A stretch of DNA of 64,000 nt from Octopus sinensis (lineage: Eukaryota), in NCBI RefSeq assembly GCF_006345805.1, contig NC_043007.1:67642001-67706000 (forward strand). Direction: 5' to 3'. How positions within the stretch are numbered: the first letter of the stretch is position 1; the number at the start of each line of letters is the position of its first letter. The notes under the pieces are model-generated. The model was not told the DNA's origin. It saw only the letters and a list, made by a program, of their open reading frames with translations, and searched no databases. Made by a program: the position numbers and the translations under genes. Of the stretch, positions 1 through 12,068 are shown piece by piece.

Positions 1-240
1 CTGCCTTAATAATAATAATCTTATCTACTAAAGGTGTAAGGCCTGAAATTTTGTGGGAGGGGACTAGTTGATAACATTGACCCCAGTGCTACAATGGTAC
101 TTAATTTATTGACCTGAAAGGGACAAAAGACCAAGTCAACCTCAGTGGAATTTGAACTCAGAATGCAGTGACCGATGAAATACCGCTAAGTATTTCACCT
201 AGTGTGCTAACGATCTTGCCAGCTCACTGCCTTAATAATA
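1..240 (-). mobile_element. Degenerate tRNA-derived SINE, family B remnant
   Basis: Reverse complement of the 10638-10867 family (GACCCCAGTG...GTACTTAATTTAT...GACCTCAGTGGAATTTGAACTCAGAA...TGCCAGCTCACTGCC). Confidence 0.6.
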
Positions 241-811
241 ATAATAATAATAATAATTTTTTACACCTGTGCAAGAGTACAGATTTATAATTGAATGAAA
301 GGAGAGCTCAACTGTCCAGTTTCCAAGAGATGGTTGGCTGGCTCTTCAACTTTTGTACAGTCGAATGGCTCCCTTCAGTTGTAGACTGACAATAGTGGGA
401 ACAGCAGTACATCACTCAGCCTAACATAGTTATACCTTCATGCGATACTATTACATTTATGTTTTATCTTTTGTATTATTATTTTACTTATACTTCAATA
501 TTTTTATAATATTTTCTCTAAGAAACACACCCATATTTCGTGGTTTTGTTTGAAGTTCTCATAACAAATAAAGACAGCTTTATCGGTACTATCAATATTA
601 TTGTTATTGTTGTTGCTGTTGTTATGATAATTCCCTAACATTTTAGAACATGTGGCACTTAAGGGGTTCTGTGGTGAGACATGGGAATACAAGTGTGGGG
701 AAAGGGAGAAAATGAGTGGAAGAAAAATGGAATGCATTCTTATTTTCATGTTAATACACATAAAAAAGTAACACACACACATTTATTTGTATACATATGG
801 ATTCTCTCTCT

Positions 812-853
<42 letters not shown>

Positions 854-1744
854 CGCACACACACACACACGTGCAGACATATACATGCAAGTATAGAACT
901 ATACACACACATGCAGACTATACAAACAAAAACATACTTATACAAATACTGATACATATACGTGTGTGTGTGTGTGTGTGTGTGTGTGTAGTGCTGACAG
1001 ACAGACTGATACATTCTGACATAGATATAAAGTCACAAGCAAAAAAAATTCTTTCTACTTCAGAATAGGGGTCACCTAAATATTTAGTAAGGGATATTTT
1101 AGGGAGTAATAACAGATGAAATCTTACAGAAGCATCCAGGAAGGGGGACAGAATCAAGTTTACTGCTCACTATTCTAAGCTTAAATCCGGTTAATGATTC
1201 CTAGATGGCAAAGAGAGGAAATGGAATGGAGGTGCACATATTGGTAATGTGTTGAGGTTTTATTCAATTCCCTCAGCATCTATCCTTGTAAAATAAGCCC
1301 CATTTAGTTTCTGTTCCCCAAATTTCATAGCATGTTGTAGAGTTCATTCATTCAAAACATGACTGTTGCTTCTCCGAGTTTCTCACATTCATGTATATGT
1401 ATATGTATATACATGTATATGAGTCCCACCCATGCTAGTATGGAACATAAACATTAAAATGATGATGAAATGATGATGATGATGATGATGATAATGTGTG
1501 TGTGTGTGTGTTAGACTCCTTATTTTGACACTGTGTATTAGTTGGAAACAAGTGTCACTGCCATACAAGCAGTGTTCCTTGTTTCCAATCTTCTGTGAAA
1601 ACATGTCTGGCCATGGGGAAACATTACCTTGCTTGGAAACAAGTGAGGGTTGACATCTAGCCAAAGAAAATCTGCCTCAATGAATTCTGTCCAACCCATG
1701 CAAGCATGGAAAAATAGATGTTAAAATGATGATGATGATGATGA

Positions 1745-1977
1745 GCGGCTGTGTGGTAAGTAGCTTGTTTACCAACCACACGGTTCCGGGATCAGTCCCA
1801 CTGCGTGGCACCTTGGGCAAGTGTCTTCTACTATAGCCTCGGGCCGACCAAAGCCTTGTGAGTGGATTTGGTAGACGGAAACTGAAAGAAGCCCGTCGTA
1901 TATATGTATATATATATGTGTGTGTGTGTGTGTGTATATGTTTGTCCCCACCAGAAACAAGTAAATGAGTAAAGAGT
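1745..1977 (+). mobile_element. tRNA-derived SINE, family A (internally deleted 3' half)
   Basis: Pol III A-box-like GGCTGTGTGGTAAG, B-box-like GGATCAGTCCC, CCTTGGGCAAGTGTCTT, central (TA)n(TG)n; many near-identical copies in the window. Confidence 0.8.
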
Positions 1978-2074
1978 GTATATATATATATGTATGTATA
2001 ATACAAATGGCTGAAATTGGATTCCCTCAAAGGATTGCTGGAGTAATGTAGCTCAATAGGATGCCTAGTTCAGA

Positions 2075-2335
2075 TATCAGAGAGTCACTACAGGTCTTTC
2101 CACTACTTCTGTGCATTGAGAGGTCATAGCTCTGGTGCTAGACGTGAGATTAGAATGTCACAAGACAGATTCTTCAAGCCAAGCCAGCTGGCAGGAGACC
2201 TACAAGTAGACAACTATTTAGATGGTTGGATAAAATCCATAATCTTAGTTGGTCATGCTTGTGAATCTAGCCATGTAATGACAGTTGCTTTTGATAGGAC
2301 CCAATGGAAGAGTCATCTGAGGACTCTACCCACCA
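2075..2335 (+). pseudogene. RTE-clade LINE ORF2 C-terminal remnant
   Basis: With frameshifts and stops reads DIRESLQVFPLLLCIERS...GRRPTSRQLFRW...VAFDRTQWKSHL, resembling the RTE ORF2 tail (IRESL..EPLLLRIERSQLRW..RGRP..RW..DR..W). Confidence 0.5.
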
Positions 2336-2920
2336 CAACCATCCCAGGAATAGTGGGTAGAGAAAATGGATAGATGGAAGGATATACATATTCTTTAACT
2401 CATTTTAGCTACTGGATTGGAGGGTCCCATCTTCAAGTGTGTATCAGATAACATTGACATTAGCACTTATTTTACTGACTTTGTAAGCATGAAAAATAAA
2501 GTAGATCTGCACAGGATTTGAACTCAGATTTGAACTGGACACAGCTGAATACCACAAGGTATTTTTCGTTGACCAATTTTGCCTTTCATATAGACTACTA
2601 CACTGCCCCCTACACAAATATGACCAGTATAACAACATCTGTTGTACTGAATGCAGGATTTATTTCTTACAGACCTCATTTTTTTAGATTGTATGCAGGA
2701 ACTAAAAATAGGAAGCAAGAGAGAAGGTGGTGGTGGTGGTGGTGGTTGTAGTGATATTGACAGTAAAGAAGAGTCACGTTGGTTGTGGTGGTTGTTTGAG
2801 ATGGTAGTAATGGGGGTAGTGGTGGCTGCAATAATTGGTTAAAATGGTAATAGTGACTAATGGTAGTTTTGGTGGCAGTGGTGGTGGTTGTAATAGCTGG
2901 TTGAGATGGTAGTGGTGATT

Positions 2921-3137
2921 TTAGCCCTTTAGCATTTAAACATGCCATATCCAGCCAAAATAATCCATCTGTTTTATCTTCAACTGACCAGATCTGGCCT
3001 CTCACACTTACCCTACAATATTATTGCAATCACATCATTGAAATCTCAAAGCTACAAAGTAATGCATGTCTAATTCATATTAATGTGAATAAATAAGCAT
3101 TACAGTTGACAGAGAAATCTAAATGCTAAAGGGTTAA
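2921..3137. mobile_element. piggyBac-like MITE (CCCTTTAGCATT TIR family)
   Basis: TIRs CCCTTTAGCATTTA (2925) and TAAATGCTAAAGGG (to 3133), flanked by TTAG / TTAA. Confidence 0.75.
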
Positions 3138-3853
3138 TGGTGATTTTTGGTTGCAGTGGTGGTAGGTGAGGTGTTAGCTGTGATAGTAGTAGCAGCAGTG
3201 ATGTGGGTAGCAGTGATTTTGGTAGTAAAGACTACACCATGAAAAGTGAATTTTTCATCTCCATCCCATCTTGGAACATGCCTAATCGTCTGCACTGTCC
3301 TTATATTTATACAATTTTCTCCAAACTGGCTGCACCTCTACTCCCAGTGTCTCTCATTGACTTTCTGTCTTAACCACACAGCTATGTCAGCTATACATGC
3401 ATATATTACATACAAATAATTATCCTAAATTCATTTGTATATATATTAGCCTATTTAGCATTATTTCTTGCAGAACTCTTAGCGAACGCTTGTGAAACTC
3501 TGGGGTTCCCATAAAACTGTGGTTGACAAACATTGATCTATAGAATAACAATAATGTTCATATGTGTCATATCGTACTGAGATGCATGATATATCAATTG
3601 TTTGGTTTATTTAGTTCATGTGTTTTATGTCATACAAATGACAGCCAACTAAAACATGACTCACACACAAAGCAATAATTTTTAGCAAATGTGTCACATG
3701 ACTACAATCAAAACAGCTTCACTTTATCACAAAGCAAAGGATATAAAAACTGGTCTTGGTTCTTCGAAAAAATGTGTTGCACAACCAACTCAGCAATAAT
3801 CTGGTTCACTACAGACTTTAATTTCATATGATTACAATTTTCAACTGATACAT

Positions 3854-3927
3854 ACCTCTATATATATATATATACATATATATACATATATATACATATA
3901 TATACATATATATACATATACATATAT

Positions 3928-3969
<42 letters not shown>

Positions 3970-4075
3970 ATATATACATATATATACATATATATATACA
4001 TATACATATATACATATACATATACATATATATATACATATACATATATATATATACATATATATATACATATAC

Positions 4076-4107
<32 letters not shown>

Positions 4108-4253
4108 ATATACATATACATATATATATACATATACATATATATATAACATATACATATACATATATATACATAATATATACATATACATATATATATA
4201 ACATATATATACATATATATCATATACATATATATATATATATATATATATTT
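3854..4253. repeat. Compound (TA)n/(TACA)n microsatellite
   Basis: Directly visible ~400 bp array; source of the artefactual YIYI ORFs. Confidence 0.95.
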
Positions 4254-4309
4254 ATATTATTAGTGAATTGAAGAAATGGAGTTGAACGAAGATTGAACAG
4301 AAATCGTTT

Positions 4310-4402
4310 TATTGCATTCTACACGTGTTTCGAAAGGCACAATTTACCAAATTCCGATTGAATAAGGAGACCATATTGTGTCTTTCTCTTCAGGAAGAAA
4401 TA
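4310..4402 (-). ncRNA. Type I hammerhead ribozyme motif (inverted copy)
   Basis: Mirror copy in the left palindrome arm; retains a fully self-complementary stem III ACACGTGT followed by A (GUA). Confidence 0.75.
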
Positions 4403-4556
4403 GGAAATCCGTTGGAAAAAACAAAAACAGAACAGAGGCGGAGCAAAACAAATCGAACGAGGCTCCTAAGAGCCCTTGGCCATGGGCTCTTAGGAGCCTC
4501 GTTCGATTTGTTTTGCTCCGCCTCTGTTCTGTTTTTGTTTTTTCCAACGGATTTCC

Positions 4557-4649
4557 TATTTCTTCCTGAAGAGAAAGACACAATATGGTCTCCTTATTCA
4601 ATCGGAATTTGGTAAATTGTGCCTTTCGAAACATGTGTAGAATGCAATA
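4557..4649 (+). ncRNA. Type I hammerhead ribozyme motif
   Basis: Stem I 5' TATTTCTTC (4557-4565); core CTGAAGA (4566-4572); stem II GAAAGACACAAT/ATTGTGCCTTTC (4573-4584/4616-4627, 11 of 12 pairs); GAAA (4628-4631); short stem III C-ATGT-G; GUA triplet (predicted cut after A4639); stem I 3' GAA-T-GCAATA. Confidence 0.75.
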
Positions 4650-4852
4650 AAACGCTTTCTGTTCAATCTTCGTTCAACTCCATTTCTTCAATTCACTAAT
4701 AATATTAAAATTCAATTATCCGCACCAACGCACGGTTGCAACACCATAGGGTTGTACCTCCAACCGTGCTGTCTTCTGCTGTGATTTTTGCTACCAAGGT
4801 ATCGGTTAAACTTTTGATTAATCTGCAACAAGATTATTCATCTTTCTATTTC

Positions 4853-4896
<44 letters not shown>

Positions 4897-6023
4897 TACA
4901 TATATATACATACATACATATATATTCATACACAACATATCCATGGTACACACACATACTTGCAGGCATGTATACATTTATTATGAACTTAACATTACTA
5001 GGTAGAGTAGCAGAGATGGTAGAGTAGTAGACAAAATGTGTCACATCATTTAGCTATATATGTACATAGTATGTCCCCTGGACTCATGGGCCGATAACCT
5101 AGTTTCCATGGCACCAAGATCACGACATTCCTCCTGAATGGAACACCTGATCATCATAAGGTTATACATTTACAACTGCGTGATCTGGAGCAATATGAAA
5201 TGAAGTGTTTTGCTCAAGAACATAGCACACATCCTGGTTTGGGAAGCAAAACAACGATCATGAGTGCAATACCCAAATCAGTAGGCCACACGCCTTCACC
5301 AATATTTAGCTATACTGAGTTCAATTCCTGATGGTTTTTATTTCTGCCTATATTAATCTATTTTTTTTTAAATCAGGAAGAAAGGCAGTGCTCATAACCC
5401 TTTTAAGGGTTTCCAAGCCTGGTGAAAGGGAATGGGGAAGATCTGCCCTGAATGCTTGTAGATGTCTTTTGTGGAGTGCACAGGAGGCTCCATTAAAGAC
5501 ACTCAAGGAAATTTGTTGTGGCATTATACCAGGTAACATGTTAAGTCTACCACCCAAGTAGGTTGATGGTGGGATTTGAACCTAGAACACAAAGAGCCTG
5601 AATAAATACTGTAAAGCTACAGGTCCAATATTCTCACAGTTCTACCAATCAACTGCCTTGGATTGGCACACTTTTATTGATCATGGAAGGATCAAAGACA
5701 AAACTAAGATTTGAACTCAGAGCATAGATAGTTGAAGCAAATACTGCAAGGCATTCTCTCTGATTCACTAAAGACACTGCTACTTCATCAGCTGAAGTAA
5801 ATGAAATATGTAGCAGTCATCTACTGGAGGTAAATCAGTCAAATTATGCTACAATTTGTAGTGATGTTTACCACAAAGACATGAAAATCTCAAAATCATT
5901 TCTTTACTGTTTTAAGTAAAAGGTCATTTCTCTCTTCACAAAAGCACAATTGTTATATGGTGTACAACAAGGCACCACTTTGGTGGGGATTTCTTTTGTT
6001 ACTCATCGTGTCAGATACAAGCA

Positions 6024-6320
6024 AAATGCAGACAAATATAGACAGAAATGCAGACAGGAATGGGCAGAAATGTAGACAGGTATGGAAAGGAATGTAGACA
6101 GATGCAGACAGAAATGTAGAGAGATGTGGGCAGAAATGCAGGCAGATATGGGCAGGAATGCAGACACATATGCAGAGAAATGTAGATAGATGTGTAGAGA
6201 AATATAGACAAATAAGAAGAGAAATGTAGACAGATATGGAGAGAAATGTAGACGGATATGGAGAGAAATGTAGATGCATATGCAGAGAAATGTAGATAGA
6301 TGTGGGCAGAAATGCACAGC
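6024..6320. repeat. Degenerate purine-rich minisatellite (GCAGAAATGTAGACAGATATGG-like units)
   Basis: Repeating AGAAATGTAGACAG / AGAAATGCAG motifs. Confidence 0.8.
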
Positions 6321-6589
6321 AATTACACAGATGGTAGCCAATAAATGCATGAAATCAGAACAAGTGAAGACATTCACACACTTGAACAATATTCGAGTAT
6401 TGTAAATGACATGGCAAATATAAATAGTGTGTGTCTTCAATGCATTAAAATTCAATGACTATCGTTATGGATGAAAAACTGAGAATATGGTGCTTTATTT
6501 AGCATATAACAAAGAAATAATCCAGAATACTGAACCTGTTTCTGATATAGGCGGAGTTGTTCTGGTTGATAACACATGCATAATATATG

Positions 6590-7101
6590 CAGACACATAT
6601 ACATAGACACATATATATGCATGCATATATACATATACACATATATATATATATATATGCATACATGCATATACACACACATATATATGCATATATGCAT
6701 ACACACACACATATATATATGAATATATACATATACACACACATATATATATGCAATATACATATACACACACATATATATGCCTATATACATATACACA
6801 CATATATATATATATGCCTATATACATATACACATATATATATATATATATATGCCTATATACATATACACACATATATATATGCATATATACATATACA
6901 CATATATATATATGCCTATGTACATATACACATATATATATATGCATATATGCATATATACATACACACATATATATATATATATGCATATATACATATA
7001 CACATATATATATATGCATATATACATATACACATATATGTATGCATATATACATATACACATATATATATGCATATATACATATACACATATATATATG
7101 C

Positions 7102-7133
<32 letters not shown>

Positions 7134-7250
7134 GCATATATACATACACACACACACATATATATAGGCATATATACATATACACATACATATATATGTG
7201 TGCATATATACATATACACACATATATATATATGTGCATATATACATACA
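6590..7250. repeat. Compound (TA)/(CA)/TGCA microsatellite array
   Basis: Directly visible; produces the 404-aa HIYI artefact ORF. Confidence 0.95.
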
Positions 7251-8278
7251 TATGCAGATACCAGTGCTGCCTTGACTGGCTTCTGTGCCGGTGGCATGTA
7301 AAAATCACCAACCCCTCTATCTATCTATATATATATATATATACACACACAAGTATGTATAAATATATACATATATTACATATATATATGTATATACATA
7401 TATGCACACAGATATACATGCATATATATTTATATACACATATGTGTATCTATATGTGTGTACATGTATATATATATATATATGTATGTATGCATGCATG
7501 CATGCATGCATGCATGTGCACACACTTTTGGGTTGCTCCACACATATATTTGGTGAAATCAACTTCAACCATTCTAATTCATCAGCAAATCAGAAGTTTA
7601 TTTATTAATGGTCCTGTGATACAGTTAAACATTAAAGAATTCAGAACAAAACAAGTTCATCTAATTGAAGGGGAATATTTGTACATCAAAAGACTTGGTG
7701 TATATAAATATACATGCAAACACACACACACGCCACATGAAGAATGTAAAATATCTGAATCAAACAATACCTCTGAACAAACAAGTTCCAAGTCTTTCTA
7801 ACTCTATAGCTATCACAAGGGATTTGTCCAGAAACATCTACTGTAGCCAATAATTTAATTAATGAATGCCAAGTCCTGCTCCTCTCAATGCAGACAGAAG
7901 CCACGGGCTATTTGTTCACAAATAAAAAATTGCATTCTACTCTTTCTATGCATTTATATCTATAACAAGTTCTGTAAATATAAGTTCAATTCCTTTATCG
8001 AACAGTGGTCAACCAAGTTATGCTGTAGTCGTATGAGGTCCTTTAACTCCAGTGGCCCTACTCAACTATCTAGCTCAGCACTAAGGTTGAGCTGCTGGCC
8101 TCAGAAAATGAAACAGAAAGGCTCACATGACCAATGGATTCAGTCAGATGACACAGAAAGTAAAAGTTGGAACGCAACAATAAGAATGTAATATCTCATT
8201 TTATTTTGTAGTATATTTGACTTCTGATATATTCTAGTTTGCAAACTCCTTTGTACCTACTGTGGAAGTCAGTTGTAC

Positions 8279-8505
8279 TTATTGTAGAAGCTAGGTGCAT
8301 TTATTGCAGAAGTCAGCAGCATGTTTAGCAGAATCCAGCTGCATTTCTTGTAGAAGCCAGTTATATTTCTTATAGAAGCCAGCTGCGTTTCTTGTAGAAG
8401 CCAGTTGCGTTTGTAGAAACTAGCTGCAGATGTAGTATCAGTTGTGGCTATTGTAGAAGCTAGCTGCATTTGTTGCAGAATCTGCATGTTTTGTAGAAGT
8501 CAGAT
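8279..8505. repeat. 22-bp minisatellite (TTCTTGTAGAAGCCAGCTGCAT-like), about 10 units
   Basis: Successive TTGTAGAAG...GCAT/GCGT units at a 22-bp period. Confidence 0.8.
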
Positions 8506-9418
8506 TCCACCAAACAGTCCTCAAACCAATACTGCAATGTATTCCATCCAATGCTATATAACACCTCTGAATGGGTGTGTATAAACCAATAAGGTTATAT
8601 AATGTATCCAAATGGGTGTACAGTATATAAGCCCAAATTATATAATGCTTCTGACTCAGTGTATATAAACATGGATATAGAGATATTTTTCCCCCAAAAG
8701 TTTTCAAATACTTTTCAAATTCTCAAAGCAAAAAAAAAAAAATGAAGAAATATATAAACAATACAAAAACATCATTAAAAACAAAATTCTAATAAACTCA
8801 CCAAAAATGTTATTCTATTGTTTTTTCACCACCCCCATCGAAAGTTTTTCTAAATAACTTCAAACTTAACTAAAAAAAAAAAAAGATAAACAAAGAAAAG
8901 ACAGTTTGACTACAAATTCCAGGACCATCTGACTTACAAATGTACACACAATGTATGTGTGCGTTTGAATGTACGCACATGTGTGTTTCAATGTATGTAT
9001 ACATATGTATTTGTATGTATGTATGTATTACATAAACATTAACATAACTTTAAACACACATTATTTTCCCTTTTCCAATTTCCTCTCCCCAACACTATAA
9101 CAGAAATAGTCAAATTACTTGAAACCATGTACCACTAAAGCTAAAGCTTTTCAGCATTTTCTGCCATTTTTCAAACAGATATAATATATTCGAAGGTATT
9201 TGTTTTTGGCAACTTGGCATTTCATCCCAGGTTCTTCTACAAACTACTTCAACATGTTCACCCCCCCCCCACTGACAATGGCTTCTTCCAACTCTCTTCA
9301 TTTGGTCATTTACTAGATTAACTCCAAATCCTTTATCATCATCAATAATTAAAAGAAAAAGGGTCATTGTTGTTGTTATCTACCCAATTCTGCCACAATC
9401 TGATCTCAAATCTCACCA

Positions 9419-9815
9419 CAGGCACAGGCATGGCTGTGTGGTAAGAAGCTTGCTTCCCAACCACATGGTTCTTGGTTCAGTTCCATTGCATGACACCTTG
9501 GGCAGGTGTCTTCCACTATAGCCTAGGGCCAACCAAAGCCTTGTGAGTGGATTTGGTAGACAGAAACCAAAAGAAGTTTATTGTGTATACACACACACAC
9601 ACACACACATATATATATGTATGTATATGTGTCTGTCCCCACCACCATCGTTTGACAACCGATGTTTGTGTGTTTACAGCCCTGTAACTTAGCAGTTTGG
9701 CAAAAGAGACTGATAGAATAAGTACTAGGTTTACAAAGAATAAGTCCTGGGGTTGATTTATTCAACTAAAGGTGGTGCTCCAGCATGGCCCCAGTCAAAT
9801 AAATAAATAAAATAA
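9419..9815 (+). mobile_element. tRNA-derived SINE, family A, full length
   Basis: Head GGCACAGGCATGGCTGTGTGGTAAG, central microsatellite, 3' module GATAGAATAAGTACTAGG...GGTGCTCCAGCATGGCC. Confidence 0.8.
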
Positions 9816-10616
9816 ATCATATTTTGACTTCCATCCCACCAAGGCCAATAAAATAGTTAACCTAGACATCCTTGGGCCTCCATAATAGACATTTATGGTT
9901 TTTAGTGGAAATAGTTTTGCTTCATCTACTGTTTATTTCAGCCTCAATCCCATTTTGTCCCCGTCATCCTCTTCTGTGGAAATGTACATCCATTCAAGCA
10001 TAACTGAATGATAATTTATCTTCCATTTAAAGTTTCATCATATTTATACTCTCAACACATTCAACACTGGACTTTGTTGGTTTTCATTTATTTACCTCTT
10101 TTTTGAAGGTAAATAACTATTGTACACCACAATCCTTTTATACAAGAACACAGCTATAAACAAAGGAACAATAGATAACTTTATAGTCATACATTGTTTG
10201 TTTCTCTCTTTCTCTGCATACAACCACACAAATACATATGCACATACACTTGTTTCCAATTGATTGAATAGTGGCTGATGGTAACATACCCAGAGTCTGC
10301 TATAGCAATACCAAAATTATTCAGGTGCAATCAATATACAATTGTGATAGTAATTTAAACAAGACTGGTCAAGCTAGCTTATTCCTTCCCAATCTACATA
10401 ATTCTTAATACTAATAGTAAATTTAACATGACTAGTTTACTATTACTCTGTACGTAACAAGAATATGTTGAACATATTAAAAAAACATAACACACAAACA
10501 CTGATAAACATATCCTCATACAGATAATATCTGTCACTTTATATGCACTGTTCAATGCTAGTTTAGTGTGTGGTCTATCTCAGTATCCATAATCTACAAT
10601 GTGAAATGACCTTATC

Positions 10617-10930
10617 AGGTTTAGGATTAGGGTTTAGAAAGCGGCGAGCTGGCAGAAACGTTAGCATGCCGAGCGAAATGCTTAGCGGTATTTCGTCTGC
10701 CGTTACGTTGGGAGTTCAAATTCCACCGAGGTCGACTTTGCCTTTCATCCTTTCGGGATCAATAAATTAAGTACCAATTACGCACTGGGGTCGATGTAAT
10801 CGACTTAATACCTATGTCTGTCCTTGTTTGTCCACTATGTTTAGCCCCTTGTGGGCAATAAAGAAATAGGTTTAGGATTAGGGTTTAGTATTAGGGTTAG
10901 GTGAAGTGTAAAAGTTTAGGGTTAGAGTTA
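10617..10930 (+). repeat. Degenerate interstitial TTAGGG-like repeats, interrupted by the SINE
   Basis: TTAGGATTAGGGTTTAG, TTAGGGTTAGG, TTTAGGGTTAGAG. Confidence 0.5.
10638..10867 (+). mobile_element. tRNA-derived SINE, family B, full length with 21-bp target-site duplication
   Basis: GGCGAGCTGGCAGAAACGTTAGC head, GAGTTCAAATTCC B-box, GTCGACTTTGCCTTTCATCCTTTCGGG...TAAGTACC module. Flanked by identical AGGTTTAGGATTAGGGTTTAG (10617-10637, 10868-10888). Confidence 0.85.
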
Positions 10931-11079
10931 CACTGAATGTTAAAGTGTCAATAGCAAGGTAGACTGCACATTAAAGTGGCACCTGATGTTACCTCTAATA
11001 TTTCACAATGGATGTTCACAGAATTTTGCTTGTGTGCAAGTTTTGTTGTTTTTTGCAAAGTGTGTGTGCATCCATGCAT

Positions 11080-11115
<36 letters not shown>

Positions 11116-11477
11116 CCTTATAATTTTTTTTAATGTTCACTTTTCCATGTTCACAAAGCTTGGAGGGAATTTGTCAAAGTGAATTCTCTACACCTGGATT
11201 TCCTTTCTGTCACCAACCCTCACCTGTTTCCAAGTAAGGTAATATTTCCCCATGATCAGACATGTTTACACAGAATATTGGATTTGAAGGGCATCACTTG
11301 TTCAACAGTGGCACTCATTTACAACTATCACATGCTGTATGGAGACAGTAACACACACACACATCTTTTACCTTTTATTTATTTGTCATTGGACTGCAGC
11401 CATGCAGGTGCACTCTGTGGAAATTGACCACAATACTTATTTTACTTAGCATGATATGTCTTCTTAAGTACACTAAT

Positions 11478-11645
11478 TTACCAGTTGTCTCGGTCGTTTG
11501 TTATCTTCTCTGTGAAGTTCAACATCTGAAGATCATTTCTCACCAATCTGCCCGATGTCTTCCTGATTCTACCTCTTCCATAGGTTCCCTCCACAATTAG
11601 AGATCGGCACTTCTTTACGGAACTGTCTTTACCCATACATATTAC
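11478..11645 (-). pseudogene. RTE-clade LINE ORF2 C-terminal remnant
   Basis: CMGKDSSVKKCRSLIVEGTYGRGRIRKT...VRNDLQMLNFTEKITNDRDNW; same segment as the 17.8 and 25.2 kb copies. Confidence 0.7.
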
Positions 11646-11656
11646 ATATATATGTA

Positions 11657-12068
11657 AAGCACAGGCATAACTGTGTGGAAAGAAGTTTGCTTCCCAACCA
11701 TATGGTCCTGGGTTCAGTCCCACTGTGTGGCACCTTGGGTAAGTGTCTTCTCCTATAGCCCCGGGCTAATCAAAGCTTTGTGAGTAGATTTAGTACACAG
11801 AAGCTGAAAGAAGCCTGCCACTTATATATATAAGTGTGTGTGCATGTGTGTGTGTGTTGGTGTCTGTCCTGCACCATCTCTTGACAACTGGTATTGGTGT
11901 GTATGTGTACCCATAACTTAGTAGCTTGGCAAAAGAGACCAATAGAATAGATATCAAGCTTAAAAAAAACAAGTACTGAAGTTGATTCATTCAACTAAAA
12001 CCCTTGAAGGTGGGACCCCAGCATGGTCACAGTCTTATAACTGAAACAAATAAAGATAAAAGATTAAA
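11657..12068 (+). mobile_element. tRNA-derived SINE, family A, full length (diverged)
   Basis: Same head, microsatellite and tail modules as other family A copies. Confidence 0.75.

Larger units (their letters stand above)
4254..4856 (+). mobile_element. Non-autonomous HHR-bearing PLE/retrozyme-like element, family 1, with 452-bp fold-back palindrome at its 5' end
   Basis: 4254-4479 is the reverse complement of 4480-4705 (3 mismatched pairs, no spacer, centre TGGCCA). The direct part continues to ...TTTCTATTTCACA at ~4855. (TA)n on both sides. Second copy at 58426-58663. Confidence 0.7.

Noticed and set aside
4325-4634. Near-identical 96-aa and 63-aa ORFs on opposite strands
   Set aside because: A direct consequence of the palindrome; no recognisable protein motif.
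6587-7801. 404-aa ORF and other [12 protein letters not shown] ORFs (3.8-4.2, 12.9-13.3, 39.6-44.3 kb)
   Set aside because: Translations of dinucleotide arrays that lack stop codons by composition; not genes.
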